DNA of 64,000 bases from NCBI RefSeq assembly GCF_020745735.1, contig NC_083418.1:17005776-17069775 (forward strand), given 5' to 3'. Under the pieces are notes generated by a model, which was not told the DNA's origin, did not search any database, and was given only the letters and a program-made list of their open reading frames with translations. A program made the position numbers and the translations under genes. This document shows positions 52,581 through 64,000 of this stretch, one piece after another (the stretch's first letter is position 1; every line of letters starts with the position of its first letter). The DNA comes from Hemiscyllium ocellatum (lineage: Eukaryota).

Positions 52581-52736
52581 CGTGTTTTTTAATCAACGAA
52601 TGGGTGACCAGAAGGGGGTGTCGGTTTAATGCCCAGCTTAGTAACAGGCCGTATGTACCAACCAGCCAGTGTAAATAGTCTTCCATTCCTTTCACTCTCA
52701 GGCATGTACTTAGCTTCTCCTTCAGTATCTTGAAGT

Positions 52737-53450
52737 CTCAGCCTTTCTCTATAACCTAAACCTTCCATACCTGGCAACATCCTGATAAATCTCTTCTGAA
52801 CCCTCACTAGCTTAACAATATCCTTCCGATAACAGGGAGACCAGGAGTGTATGCACTTTATCACTGGAGCACAGGAGGTTAAGAGATGACCTTTTAGAGG
52901 TTTATAAAATAATAACGAGTGTGGACAGGGTGAATGGAAGGTGTCTTTTCCTTCGGATTGGGCATTTCAAAATGAAGGAGGGCATATTTTTAAAGTGAGA
53001 GGTGAGAGACATAAAAAGGGGCAATTTTTTAACGCAGAGGATGGTTCATGTGGGGAATGAATGTCCAAGGATAGTGATGGAGGCGGGTACAGTTACAACA
53101 TTTAAAAGGGAGATGGTGAGGCCTGCAGATGCTGGAAATCAGAGTTGAGAGTGTGGTGCTGGAAAGGCACAGCAGGTCAGGCAGCATCCAAGGAGCAGGA
53201 GAGTCGACGTTTCAGGCCCAGCCCTTCATCCGGTCCGAAACGTCAATTTTCCTGCTCCTCGGATGCTGCCTGTCCTGCTGCGCCTTTCCAGCACCACACT
53301 CTCAACTACGACATTTAAAAGACATTTAGATGAGTGCATGAATGGGAAAGGTTTGGAGGGATATGGGCCAAGTGCAGGCAGGTGGGGCTAGATCAGTTTG
53401 GGATTATGTTTGGCAAGGACTGGTTGCACCACTGGTTTCAGTAAGACTCT
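52737..53450 (+). mobile_element. CR1 LINE with 5' inversion (52737-52858 minus, 52861-53450 plus)
   Basis: The minus part encodes WSPCYRKDIVKLVRVQKRFIRMLPGMEGLGYRERLR. The plus part begins SLEHRRLRDDL, which is essentially the next CR1 segment. Confidence 0.85.
53109..53306. mobile_element. Palindromic Penelope-terminus element (family A) inserted in CR1
   Basis: Inverted arms around ~53230; 15-bp TSD TAC(A/G)ACATTTAAAAG at 53094-53108 and 53307-53321. Confidence 0.88.
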
Positions 53451-54289
53451 ATCACTTACATCATCGGTTCTCAGCAAGAGTGCAATCCAATGCAGGCTGA
53501 CTTCACATCAAATGAGTACTTTAGTGATTTCAGCTTCCCCCTTCTCCAGGTTGGCAATGTGGTGTGCAGGCTGAGAATCCTGGAGGACTTGATAGTACAG
53601 TCCTGTCTGAGACCAGCCCCACCCTGCATCGAATCTCTGGGCAGTGGGACCTGCCCACGGCTCCAGCAGAACTCAGTAGGACTTCAAACTGTTTCCTCTT
53701 TCTCTTCCTGCACATTGCAGCCTGTTTAGAAAGGCTTCCTGTTGCAAATTCAAATCTAATTTCTTGCGAATATTTTTCAGTGATAAGCAGGGGAAATTAA
53801 CATCTTATTTTTAAAAAAAAACGGTGCCACATTACTCGAGGGTGGATAGCTTTCTGACAGGAGCTCAACGTTTCCAGAAAACGCCATACTTTAAAAACAC
53901 CAGCAACAAAATATTTCACTTCATTTCTGGCCATGTGTTCAGCCATGAGGGAAGCTGCACAGAAACAGTGGGGCAGTCCATCTTCCAGTTAAACCACAGC
54001 TAACCTGTAACCCAATGACATTTATAACCCATATTCCTCACTAACTTTATCAAGTAAACATCTAACAATGTCACTCTTAAAACTTGTAATTGTCTTTGTA
54101 TCTGCTTGGGGGAAAGGGGGAGAGAGATCGAGCTGTTTCTTCTCTCTGTTCTGTGACAACCTGCATAATTTCATTTGTGAATTGGGTTTGATGAGAGAAG
54201 TTTTATATTTTTCGAAACAGTGAAGTGAATGGGAAGAAAGATGTGCTGAGAGATGCAGTGGATATTCCTGGCAATAGTTCGTGTTTTAT

Positions 54290-54352
54290 ACCTACACTGA
54301 CAAATATTAAAGTGAATCCCACACTGTCAAACATTAAATTGAATCCTACACT
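54290..54352. repeat. Orphan ~2.5 units of the 27-bp satellite
   Basis: CCTACACTGACAAATATTAAAGTGAATCCCACACTGTCAAACATTAAATTGAATCCTACACT. Confidence 0.9.
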
Positions 54353-56618
54353 AAAACATAGAAGATTAAAGCACAGTGCAAGCCCTTCAGCCCAACCTGC
54401 CAAACCAATCTGAAGCCCATCTAACCTACACTATTCCAATCTCAGCCATTGGCTTACCTAATCTCTATTTAAATACTGTTAAAGTTGGAGAGTCTACTAC
54501 TGTTGCAGGTAATGTGTTCCACGCCTCGACTAAACCGTGATATCTGTCCTTTATCTATCACCCCTCAATTTAAAGCTATGTCCCCTCGTGCTAGCCATCA
54601 CCATCCTCAGAAATAGGCTCTCCTTGTCCACCCTATCTAACACTGATTATCTTATATGTCTCAATTCAGTCACCTCTCAACCTTCTTCTCTCTAAAGAAA
54701 ACAGCCTCAAGTCCCTCAGCCTTTCCTCGTAAGACCTTCCCTCCATACCAGGCAACATCCTAGTAAATCTCCTCTGAACCCTTTCCAAAGTTTCCACATC
54801 CTTCCTATAATGCAGTGACCAGAACCATATGCCAATTGTGGCCACATCAGAGTTTTGTACAGCTGCAGTATTGATCTCATGGTTCTGATACTCAATCCAT
54901 GTACTAATAAAAGCTAACACACCATGTACCCTCTTAATAACCATGTCAACCTGGGTGGCAACTTTCAAGAATCTATGTACATGGACACCGAGATATCTCT
55001 GCTCATCTACACTACCAAAAAGCTTACCATTAGGCCACAACTCTAGATTCCCGCTACTCCTTCCAAAAGTGAATTACCTCACACTTTTCTGCATTAAACT
55101 CCATTTGCCACCTCTCAGCCCAGCTCTGCAGCTTATCTTTGTCCCTCTGTAACCTATAACATCCTTTGCCACTATCCACAATTTTACGGACCTTAGTGTG
55201 ATCTACAAATTTACTAACCCATCCTTTTATGCCCTCATCAAGTTGATTTATAAAAATGACAAAACAACAGTGGACCCAAAACAAATCCTTGCAGTACCCC
55301 ACTAGTAACTGAACTCCAGGATGAGTATTTCCCATACCACCACTCTCAGCTAACCAATTTCTGATCCAAACTGCTAAATCACCCTCAATCCCATGCAATA
55401 GCCTACAGTGGGAAACCTAACAAAATGCCTTAATGAAACCCATATACAACACATCAATCACTTTACCCGCATCTACCTGTTTGGTCACCTTCTCAAATAA
55501 CTCAATAAGGTTTGTGAGGCATGACCTACCCTTCACAAAGCTGTATTGACTATCCCTAATTAACTTATTCCTCTCTAGATGATTTTAAATCCTATCTCTT
55601 ATAACCCTTTCCAACACTTTGCCCACAACTGAAGTAAGACTCACTGGTCTATAATTTCCAGGGTTGTCTCTACTCCCATTTTTGGACAAGGGGGGAACAT
55701 TTGCTATCCTCCAGTCTTCTGGCACTATTCCTGCAGACAATGAGAACATAAAGATCAAAGCCAAGGCTCAGCAATCTCCTCACTGACTTCCCAGAGGATC
55801 CTAGGATAAATCTCATCTAACCCAAGGGATTTATCTATTTTCACACTTTCCAAAATTGCTAACACCTCATCCTTATATATCTCAATTCCATCTTATCTAG
55901 TAGCCTGTATCTCAGTATTCTCCTTGACCACATTGTCTTTTTCTAGTGTGAATACTGATGAAAAATATTCATTTAACGCTTCCCCTATCTCCTCTGACTC
56001 CACGCACAACTTCCCACTACTATGCTTTATTGGTCCTAATCTTACTCTAGTCAATCTTTTATTCATGATATAGCTATAGAAAGCCTGAAGGTTTTCCTTC
56101 ATCCTATCTGTCAATGACTTCTCATGTCCCTTCCTGGCTCTTCTCAGCTCTCTCTTTAGGTTTTTCCAGGCAAACCTGTAGCTCTCTAATGCCCTTACTG
56201 AGCCATCTCATCCTAACATAAGCCCTCTTCTTCTTCTTGACAAGAGATACAACTTGCACAGTAAACCATGGCTCCCGCGCTCAACAACTCCCTCCTTGCC
56301 TGACTGATACATACTTATCAAGGACCTGTAGTAGCTGGTCCTTGAATAAGCTCCATATTTCAATTGTGTTCATCACCTGCAGTTTCCTTCCACGACCTAT
56401 GCATCCAAAATCTTGCCTAATCGCATTGTAATTGCCTTTCCCCCAGCTATAATTCTTGGCCGGTGATATATACCTGTCCCTTTCCATCACTAACGTCAAC
56501 ATAACCGAATTATGGTCACTATCATCAAAGTGCTCACCTAACTCCAAATCTAACCTGGCCAGGTTCATTACCCAGAACCAATTCCAATGTGAGTTCACTC
56601 CGTGTTGGCTTGTCTACA
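54353..56618 (-). mobile_element. 5'-truncated CR1 LINE (end of the APE endonuclease, RT, 3' UTR), multiply frameshifted
   Basis: [77 protein letters not shown]. Confidence 0.95.
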
Positions 56619-59600
56619 ATGTTAAACATTAAGGTGAATCCAACACTGTTAAACATTAAGGTGAATCCAACACTGTTAAACATTAAGGTGAACCTTACAC
56701 TGTTAAACATTAAGGTGAACCCTACACTGTTAAACATTAAGGTGAATCCTACACTGTTAAACATTAAGGTGAACCCTACACTGTTAAACATTAAGGTGAA
56801 TCCTAAACTGTTAAACATTAAGGTGAATCCTAAACTGTTAAACATTAAGGTGAATTCTACACTGTTAAAAATTAAGGTGAATCCTACACTGTTAAACATT
56901 AAGGTGAATCCTAAACTGTTAAACATTAAGGTGAATCCTACACTGTTAAACATTAAGGTGAATCCTAAACTGTTAAACATTAAGGTGAATCCTACACTGT
57001 TAAACATTAAGTCAAATCCTACAATGTCAAACATTAAGGTGAATCCTACACTGTCAAACATTAAGGTGAATCCTACACTGTCAAACATTAAGGTGAATCC
57101 TACACTGTTAAACATTAAGGTGAATCCTACACTGTTAAACATTAAGTCAAATCCTACAATGTCAAACATTAAGGTGAATCCTACACTGTCAAACATTAAG
57201 GTGAATCCTACACTGTCAAACATTAAGGTGAATCCTACAATGTCAAACATTAAGGTGAATACAACACTGTTAAACATTAAGTCAAATCCGACAATGTCAA
57301 ACATTAAGATGAACCCTGCACGGTTAAACATTAAGTCAAATCCTACAATGTCAAACATTAAGATGAACCCTGCACGGTTAAACATTAAGTCAAATCCTAA
57401 ACTGTCAAACATTAAGATGAACCCTGCACGGTTAAACATTAAGTCAAATCCTACAATGTCAAACATTAAGATGAACCCTGCACGGTTAAACATTAAGGTG
57501 AATCCTACACTGTTAAACATTAAGTAAAATCCTACAATGTCAAACACTAAGGTGAATCCTACACTGTCAAATATTAAGGTGAATCCTACAATGTTAAACA
57601 TTAAGTCAAATCCTACAATGTCAAACATTAAGGTGAATCCTACACTGTCAAACATTAAGGTGAATCCTACACTGTCAAACAATAAGGTGAATACAACACT
57701 GTTAAACATTAAGTCAAATCCTACAATGTCAAACATTAAGGTGAATCCTACACTGTTAAACATTGAGTAATATCCTACACTGTCAAACATTAAGGTGAAC
57801 CCTACACTGTTAAACATTAAGGTGAATCCCACATTGTTAAACATTCAGTCAAATCCTACAATGTTAAACAGTAAGGTGAATCCTATACTGTCAAACATTA
57901 AGGTGAACCCTACACTGTTAAACATTAAGTCCAATCCTACACTGTTAAACATTAAGGTGAATTCTACACTGTTAAACATTAAGGAGAATCCTACACTTTC
58001 AAATATTAAGGTGAATCCCGCACTGCTAAACATTAAGGGGAATCCTACACTGTTAAACATTAAGTCAAATCCTACACTGTTAAACATTAAGGTGAATCCT
58101 ACACTGTCAAACATTAAGTCAAATCCTACAATGTTAAACATTAAGGTGAATCCTACACTGTTAATCATTAAGGTGAATACTACACTGTTAAAAATTAAGT
58201 CAAATCCTACACTGTCAAACATTAAGGTGAATCCTACAATGTCAACCATTAAGGTGAATCCTACACTGTTAAACATTAAGTCAAATCCTACAATGTCAAA
58301 CATTAAGGTGAATCCTACAATGTCAAACATTAAGGTGAATCCTACACGGTCAAACATTAAGGTGAACCCTGCACTGTTAAACATTAAGGTGAATCCAACA
58401 CTGTTAAACATTAAGGTGAATCATACATTGTCAAACATTAAGGTGAATCCTACACTGTCAAATATTAAGGTGAATCCTACACTGTTAAACATTAAGTCAA
58501 ATCCTACAATGTCAAACATGAAGTCAAATCCTACAATGTCAAACATTAAGGTGAATCCTACACAGTCAAACATTAAGGTGAATCCTACACTGTCAAACAT
58601 TAAGGTAAATACAACACTGTTAAACATTAAGTCAAATCCTACAATGTTAAACATTAAGGTGAATCCTACACTGTTAAACATTAAGTCATATCCTACACTG
58701 TCAAACATTAAGGTGAATCCTACACTGTCAAACATTAAGGTGAATCCTACACTGTTAAACATTAAAGTGAATCCTACACTGTTAAAGATTAAGGTGAATC
58801 CTACACTGTCAAACATTAAGTCAAATCCTACACTGTTAAACATTATGGTGAACCCTACACTGTTAAAGATTAAGGTGAATCCTACACTGTCAAACATTAA
58901 GTCAAATCCTACACTGTTAAACATTAAGGTGAATCCAACACTGTCAAACATTAAGGTGAACCCTACACTGTTAAACATAAAGGTGAATCCTACACTGTTA
59001 AACATTAATGTGAACCCTACACTGTTAAACATTAAGGTGAATCCTACACTGTCAAACATTAAGTCAAATCCTACAATGTTAAACAATAAGGTGAATCCTA
59101 CACTGTTAAACATTAAGTCAACTCCTACACTGTCAAACATTAAGTTGAATCCTACACTGTTAAACATTACGGTGAATCCTACACTGTCAAACATTAAGGT
59201 GATCCCTACACTGTTAAACATTAAGGTGAAACCTACACTGTTAAACATTAAGGTGAACCCTGCACTGTTAAACATTAAGGTGAATCCTACACTGTCAAAC
59301 ATTAAGGTGAATCCTACACTGTTAAACATTAAGATGAATCCTACACTGTCAAACATTAAGGTGAATCTGACACTGTTAAACATTAAGTCAAATCCTACAC
59401 TGTCAAACATTAAGGTGAACCCTGCACTCCTAAACATTAAGGTGAATCCTACACTGTTAAACATTAAGTCAAATCCTACAATGTTAAACATTAACTCAAA
59501 TCCTACACTGTCAAACATTAAGTCAAATCCGACACTGTTAAACATTAAGGTGAATCCTACACTCTTAAACATTAAGTCAAATCCTACATTGTCAAACATT

Positions 59601-62600
59601 AAGGTGAATCCTACACTGTCAAACATTAATGTGAACTCTGCACTGTTAAACATTAAGGAGAATCCTACACTGTTAAACATTAAGTTGAATCCTACACTCT
59701 TAAACATTAAGGTGAATCCTACACTGTTAAACATTAAGGTGAATCCTATACTGTCAAACATTAAGGTGAACCCAGCACTATTAAACATTACGGTGAATCC
59801 TACACTGTCAAACATTAAGGTGAATCCTACACTGTTAAACATTAAGGTGAATCCTACACTGTCAAACATTAAGGTGAATCTGACACTGTTAAACATTAAG
59901 TCAAATCCTACACTGTCAAACATTAAGGTGAACCCTGCACTCCTAAACATTAAGGTGAATCCTACACTGTTAAACATTAAGGTGAATCCTACACTGTTAA
60001 ACATTAAGGTGAATCCTACACTGTCAAACATTAAGGTGAACCCTGCACTGTTAAACATTAAGGTGAATCCTACACTGTCAAACATTAAGGTGAATCCTAC
60101 ACTGTTAAACATTAAGGTGAATCCTACACTGTCAAACATGAAGGTGAATCTGACACTGTTAAACATTAAGTCAAATCCTACACTGTCAAACATTAAGGTG
60201 AACCCTGCACTCCTAAACATTAAGGTGAATCCTACACTGTTAAACATTAAGTCAAATCCTACAATGTTAAACATTAACTCAAATCCTACACTGTCAAACA
60301 TTAAGTCAAATCCTACACTGTTAAACATTAAGGTGAATCCTACACTCTTAAACATTAAGTCAAATCCTACATTGTCAAACATTAAGGTGAATCCTACACT
60401 GTCAAACATTAATGTGAACTCTGCACTGTTAAACATTAAGGAGAATCCTACACTGTTAAACATTAAGTCAAATCCAACACTGTTAAACATTAAGGTGAAT
60501 CCTACACTGTTAAACATTAAGGTGAATCCTACACTGTCAAATATTAAGGTGAATCCTACACTGTTAAACATTAAGTCAAATCCTACAATGTCAAACATGA
60601 AGTCAAATCCTACAATGTCAAACATTAAGTCAAATCCTACAATGTCAAACATTAAGGTGAATCCTACACAGTCAAACATTAAGGTGAATCCTACACTGTC
60701 AAACATTAAGGTAAATACAACACTGTTAAACATTAAGTCAAATCCTACAATGTTAAACATTAAGGTGAATCCTACACTGTTAAACATTAAGTCATATCCT
60801 ACACTGTCAAACATTAAGGTGAACCCTACACTGTTAAAGATTAAGGTGAATCCTACACTGTCAAACATTAAGTCAAATCCTACACTGTTAAACATTAAGG
60901 TGAATCCAACACTGTCAAACATTAAGGTGAACCCTACACTGTTAAACATAAAGGTGAATCCTACACTGTTAAACATTAATGTGAACCCTACACTGTTAAA
61001 CATTAAGGTGAATCCTACACTGTCAAACATTAAGTCAAATCCTACAATGTTAAACAATAAGGTGAATCCTACACTGTTAAACATTAAGTCAACTCCTACA
61101 CTGTCAAACATTAAGTTGAATCCTACACTGTTAAACATTACGGTGAATCCTACACTGTCAAACATTAAGGTGATCCCTACACTGTTAAACATTAAGGTGA
61201 AACCTACACTCTTAAACATTAAGGTGAATCCTACACTGTTAAACATTAAGGTGAACCCTGCACTGTTAAACATTAAGGTGAATCCTACACTGTCAAACAT
61301 TAAGGTGAATCCTACACTGTTAAACATTAAGGTGAATCCTACACTGTCAAACATTAAGGTGAATCTGACACTGTTAAACATTAAGTCAAATCCTACACTG
61401 TCAAACATTAAGGTGAACCCTGCACTCCTAAACATTAAGGTGAATCCTACACTGTTAAACATTAAGTCAAATCCTACAATGTTAAACATTAACTCAAATC
61501 CTACACTGTCAAACATTAAGTCAAATCCGACACTGTTAAACATTAAGGTGAATCCTACACTCTTAAACATTAAGTCAAATCCTATACTGTCAAACATTAA
61601 GGTGAACCCAGCACTATTAAACATTACGGTGAATCCTACACTGTCAAACATTAAGGTGAATCCTACACTGTTAAACATTAAGGTGAATCCTACACTGTCA
61701 AACATTAAGGTGAATCTGACACTGTTAAACATTAAGTCAAATCCTACACTGTCAAACATTAAGGTGAACCCTGCACTCCTAAACATTAAGGTGAATCCTA
61801 CACTGTTAAACATTAAGGTGAATCCTACACTCTTAAGCATTAAGGTGAATCCTACACTGTCAAACATTAAGGTGAACCCTGCACTGTTAAACATTAAGGT
61901 GAATCCTACACTGTCAAACATTAAGGTGAATCCTACACTGTTAAACATTAAGGTGAATCCTACAGTGTCAAACATTAAGGTGAATCTGACACTGTTAAAC
62001 ATTAAGTCAAATCCTACACTGTCAAACATTAAGGTGAACCCTGCACTCCTAAACATTAAGGTGAATCCTACACTGTTAAACATTAAGTCAAATCCTACAA
62101 TGTTAAACATTAACTCAAATCCTACACTGTCAAACATTAAGTCAAATCCTACACTGTTAAACATTAAGGTGAATCCTACACTCTTAAACATTAAGTCAAA
62201 TCCTACATTGTCAAACATTAAGGTGAATCCTACACTGTCAAACATTAATGTGAACTCTGCACTGTTAAACATTAAGGAGAATCCTACACTGTTAAACATT
62301 AAGTCAAATCCAACACTGTTAAACATTAAGGTGAATCCTACACTGTTAAACATTAAGGTGAATCCTATACTGTCAAACATTAAGGTGAACCCTGCACTGT
62401 TAAACATTAAGGTGAATGCTACACTGTCAAACATTAAGGTGACTCCTACAATGTCAAACATTAAGGAGAACTCTGCACTGTTAAACATTAAGGTAAATCC
62501 TACACTGCCAAACATTAAGTCAAATCGTACAATGTCAAACATTAAGTCAAATCCTACAATGTCAAACATTAAGGTGAATCCTACACATTTAAACATTAAG

Positions 62601-64000
62601 TCATATCCTACACTGTTAAACATTAAGGTGACTCCTACACTGTCAAACATTAAGGAGAACTCTGCACTGTTAAACATTAAGGTAAATCCTACACTGCCAA
62701 ACATTAAGTCAAATCCTACAATGTCAAACATTAAGGTGAATCCTACACTGTCAAACATTAAGGTGAATCCTACACTGTCAAACATTAAGTCAAATCCTAC
62801 AATGTTAAACATTAAGGTGAATCCTACACTGTTAAACATTAAGTCAAATCCTACAATGTCAAACATGAAGTCAAATCCTACAATGTCAAACATTAAGTCA
62901 AATCCTACAATGTCAAACATTAAGGTGAATCCTACACAGTCAAACATTAAGGTGAATCCTACACTGTCAAACATTAAGGTAAATACAACACTGTTAAACA
63001 TTAAGTCAAATCCTACAATGTTAAACATTAAGGTGAATCCTACACTGTTAAACATTAAGTCATATCCTACACTGTCAAACATTAAGGTGAACCCTACACT
63101 GTTAAAGATTAAGGTGAATCCTACACTGTCAAACATTAAGTCAAATCCTACACTGTTAAACATTAAGGTGAATCCAACACTGTCAAACATTAAGGTGAAC
63201 CCTACACTGTTAAACATAAAGGTGAATCCTACACTGTTAAACATTAATGTGAACCCTACACTGTTAAACATTAAGGTGAATCCTACACTGTCAAACATTA
63301 AGTCAAATCCTACAATGTTAAACAATAAGGTGAATCCTACACTGTTAAACATTAAGTCAACTCCTACACTGTCAAACATTAAGTTGAATCCTACACTGTT
63401 AAACATTACGGTGAATCCTACACTGTCAAACATTAAGGTGATCCCTACACTGTTAAACATTAAGGTGAAACCTACACTCTTAAACATTAAGGTGAATCCT
63501 ACACTGTTAAACATTAAGGTGAACCCTGCACTGTTAAACATTAAGGTGAATCCTACACTGTCAAACATTAAGGTGAATCCTACACTGTTAAACATTAAGG
63601 TGAATCCTACACTGTCAAACATTAAGGTGAATCTGACACTGTTAAACATTAAGTCAAATCCTACACTGTCAAACATTAAGGTGAACCCTGCACTCCTAAA
63701 CATTAAGGTGAATCCTACACTGTTAAACATTAAGTCAAATCCTACAATGTTAAACATTAACTCAAATCCTACACTGTCAAACATTAAGTCAAATCCGACA
63801 CTGTTAAACATTAAGGTGAATCCTACACTCTTAAACATTAAGTCAAATCCTATACTGTCAAACATTAAGGTGAACCCAGCACTATTAAACATTACGGTGA
63901 ATCCTACACTGTCAAACATTAAGGTGAATCCTACACTGTTAAACATTAAGGTGAATCCTACACTGTCAAACATTAAGGTGAATCTGACACTGTTAAACAT
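56614..64000. repeat. 27-bp tandem satellite array (~273 units, open at the right edge)
   Basis: Consensus CTGT(T/C)AAACATTAAGGTGAATCCTACA, which translates as MFNSVGFTL (minus) and LLNIKVNPT (plus). Confidence 0.98.

Noticed and set aside
41893-53720. Isolated exon-like segments (41893-41997 +, 43384-43501 +, 48093-48144 -, 48351-48401 +, ~53550-53720)
   Set aside because: The splice-like signals are plausible, but there is no recognisable peptide, strands are inconsistent and stops are frequent, which is compatible with chance.
58421-64000. 1859-aa ORF (and the 436, 312 and 188-aa neighbours) as a protein-coding gene
   Set aside because: It is a by-product of a 27-bp unit with a stop-free consensus. 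Both strands are open, stops do occur (57845, 58421), and the frame runs into a dead CR1.

Overview
Gene-poor, repeat-dominated vertebrate DNA. The CR1, tRNA-SINE and Penelope repertoire looks like a cartilaginous fish, probably a shark (inference). About half the window is three unrelated tandem satellites: 37-bp (1-17.6 kb), 32-bp (27.2-34.6 kb) and 27-bp (56.6 kb to the end). These generate nearly all of the listed 'ORFs', including the 1859-aa one. The remainder is a patchwork of 5'-truncated CR1 LINEs, SINEs, a solo LTR, Tx1/L1 remnants and a truncated Penelope-like element with a GIY-YIG domain. No intact host protein-coding gene could be recognised. The strongest hidden signal is about 15 minimal type-I hammerhead ribozyme cores (CUGANGA-stem-GAAA-NUH), some degenerate, from three sequence families. 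They sit in short Penelope-terminus insertions, often arranged as back-to-back palindromes with 12-15 bp target-site duplications. Other notable items are a 52-bp U1 snRNA 3'-end fragment captured inside a solo LTR, an apparently exact 2485-bp tandem duplication, higher-order repeats in the satellites, and a twin-primed CR1. All coordinates were read by eye and the edges of old repeats are approximate.
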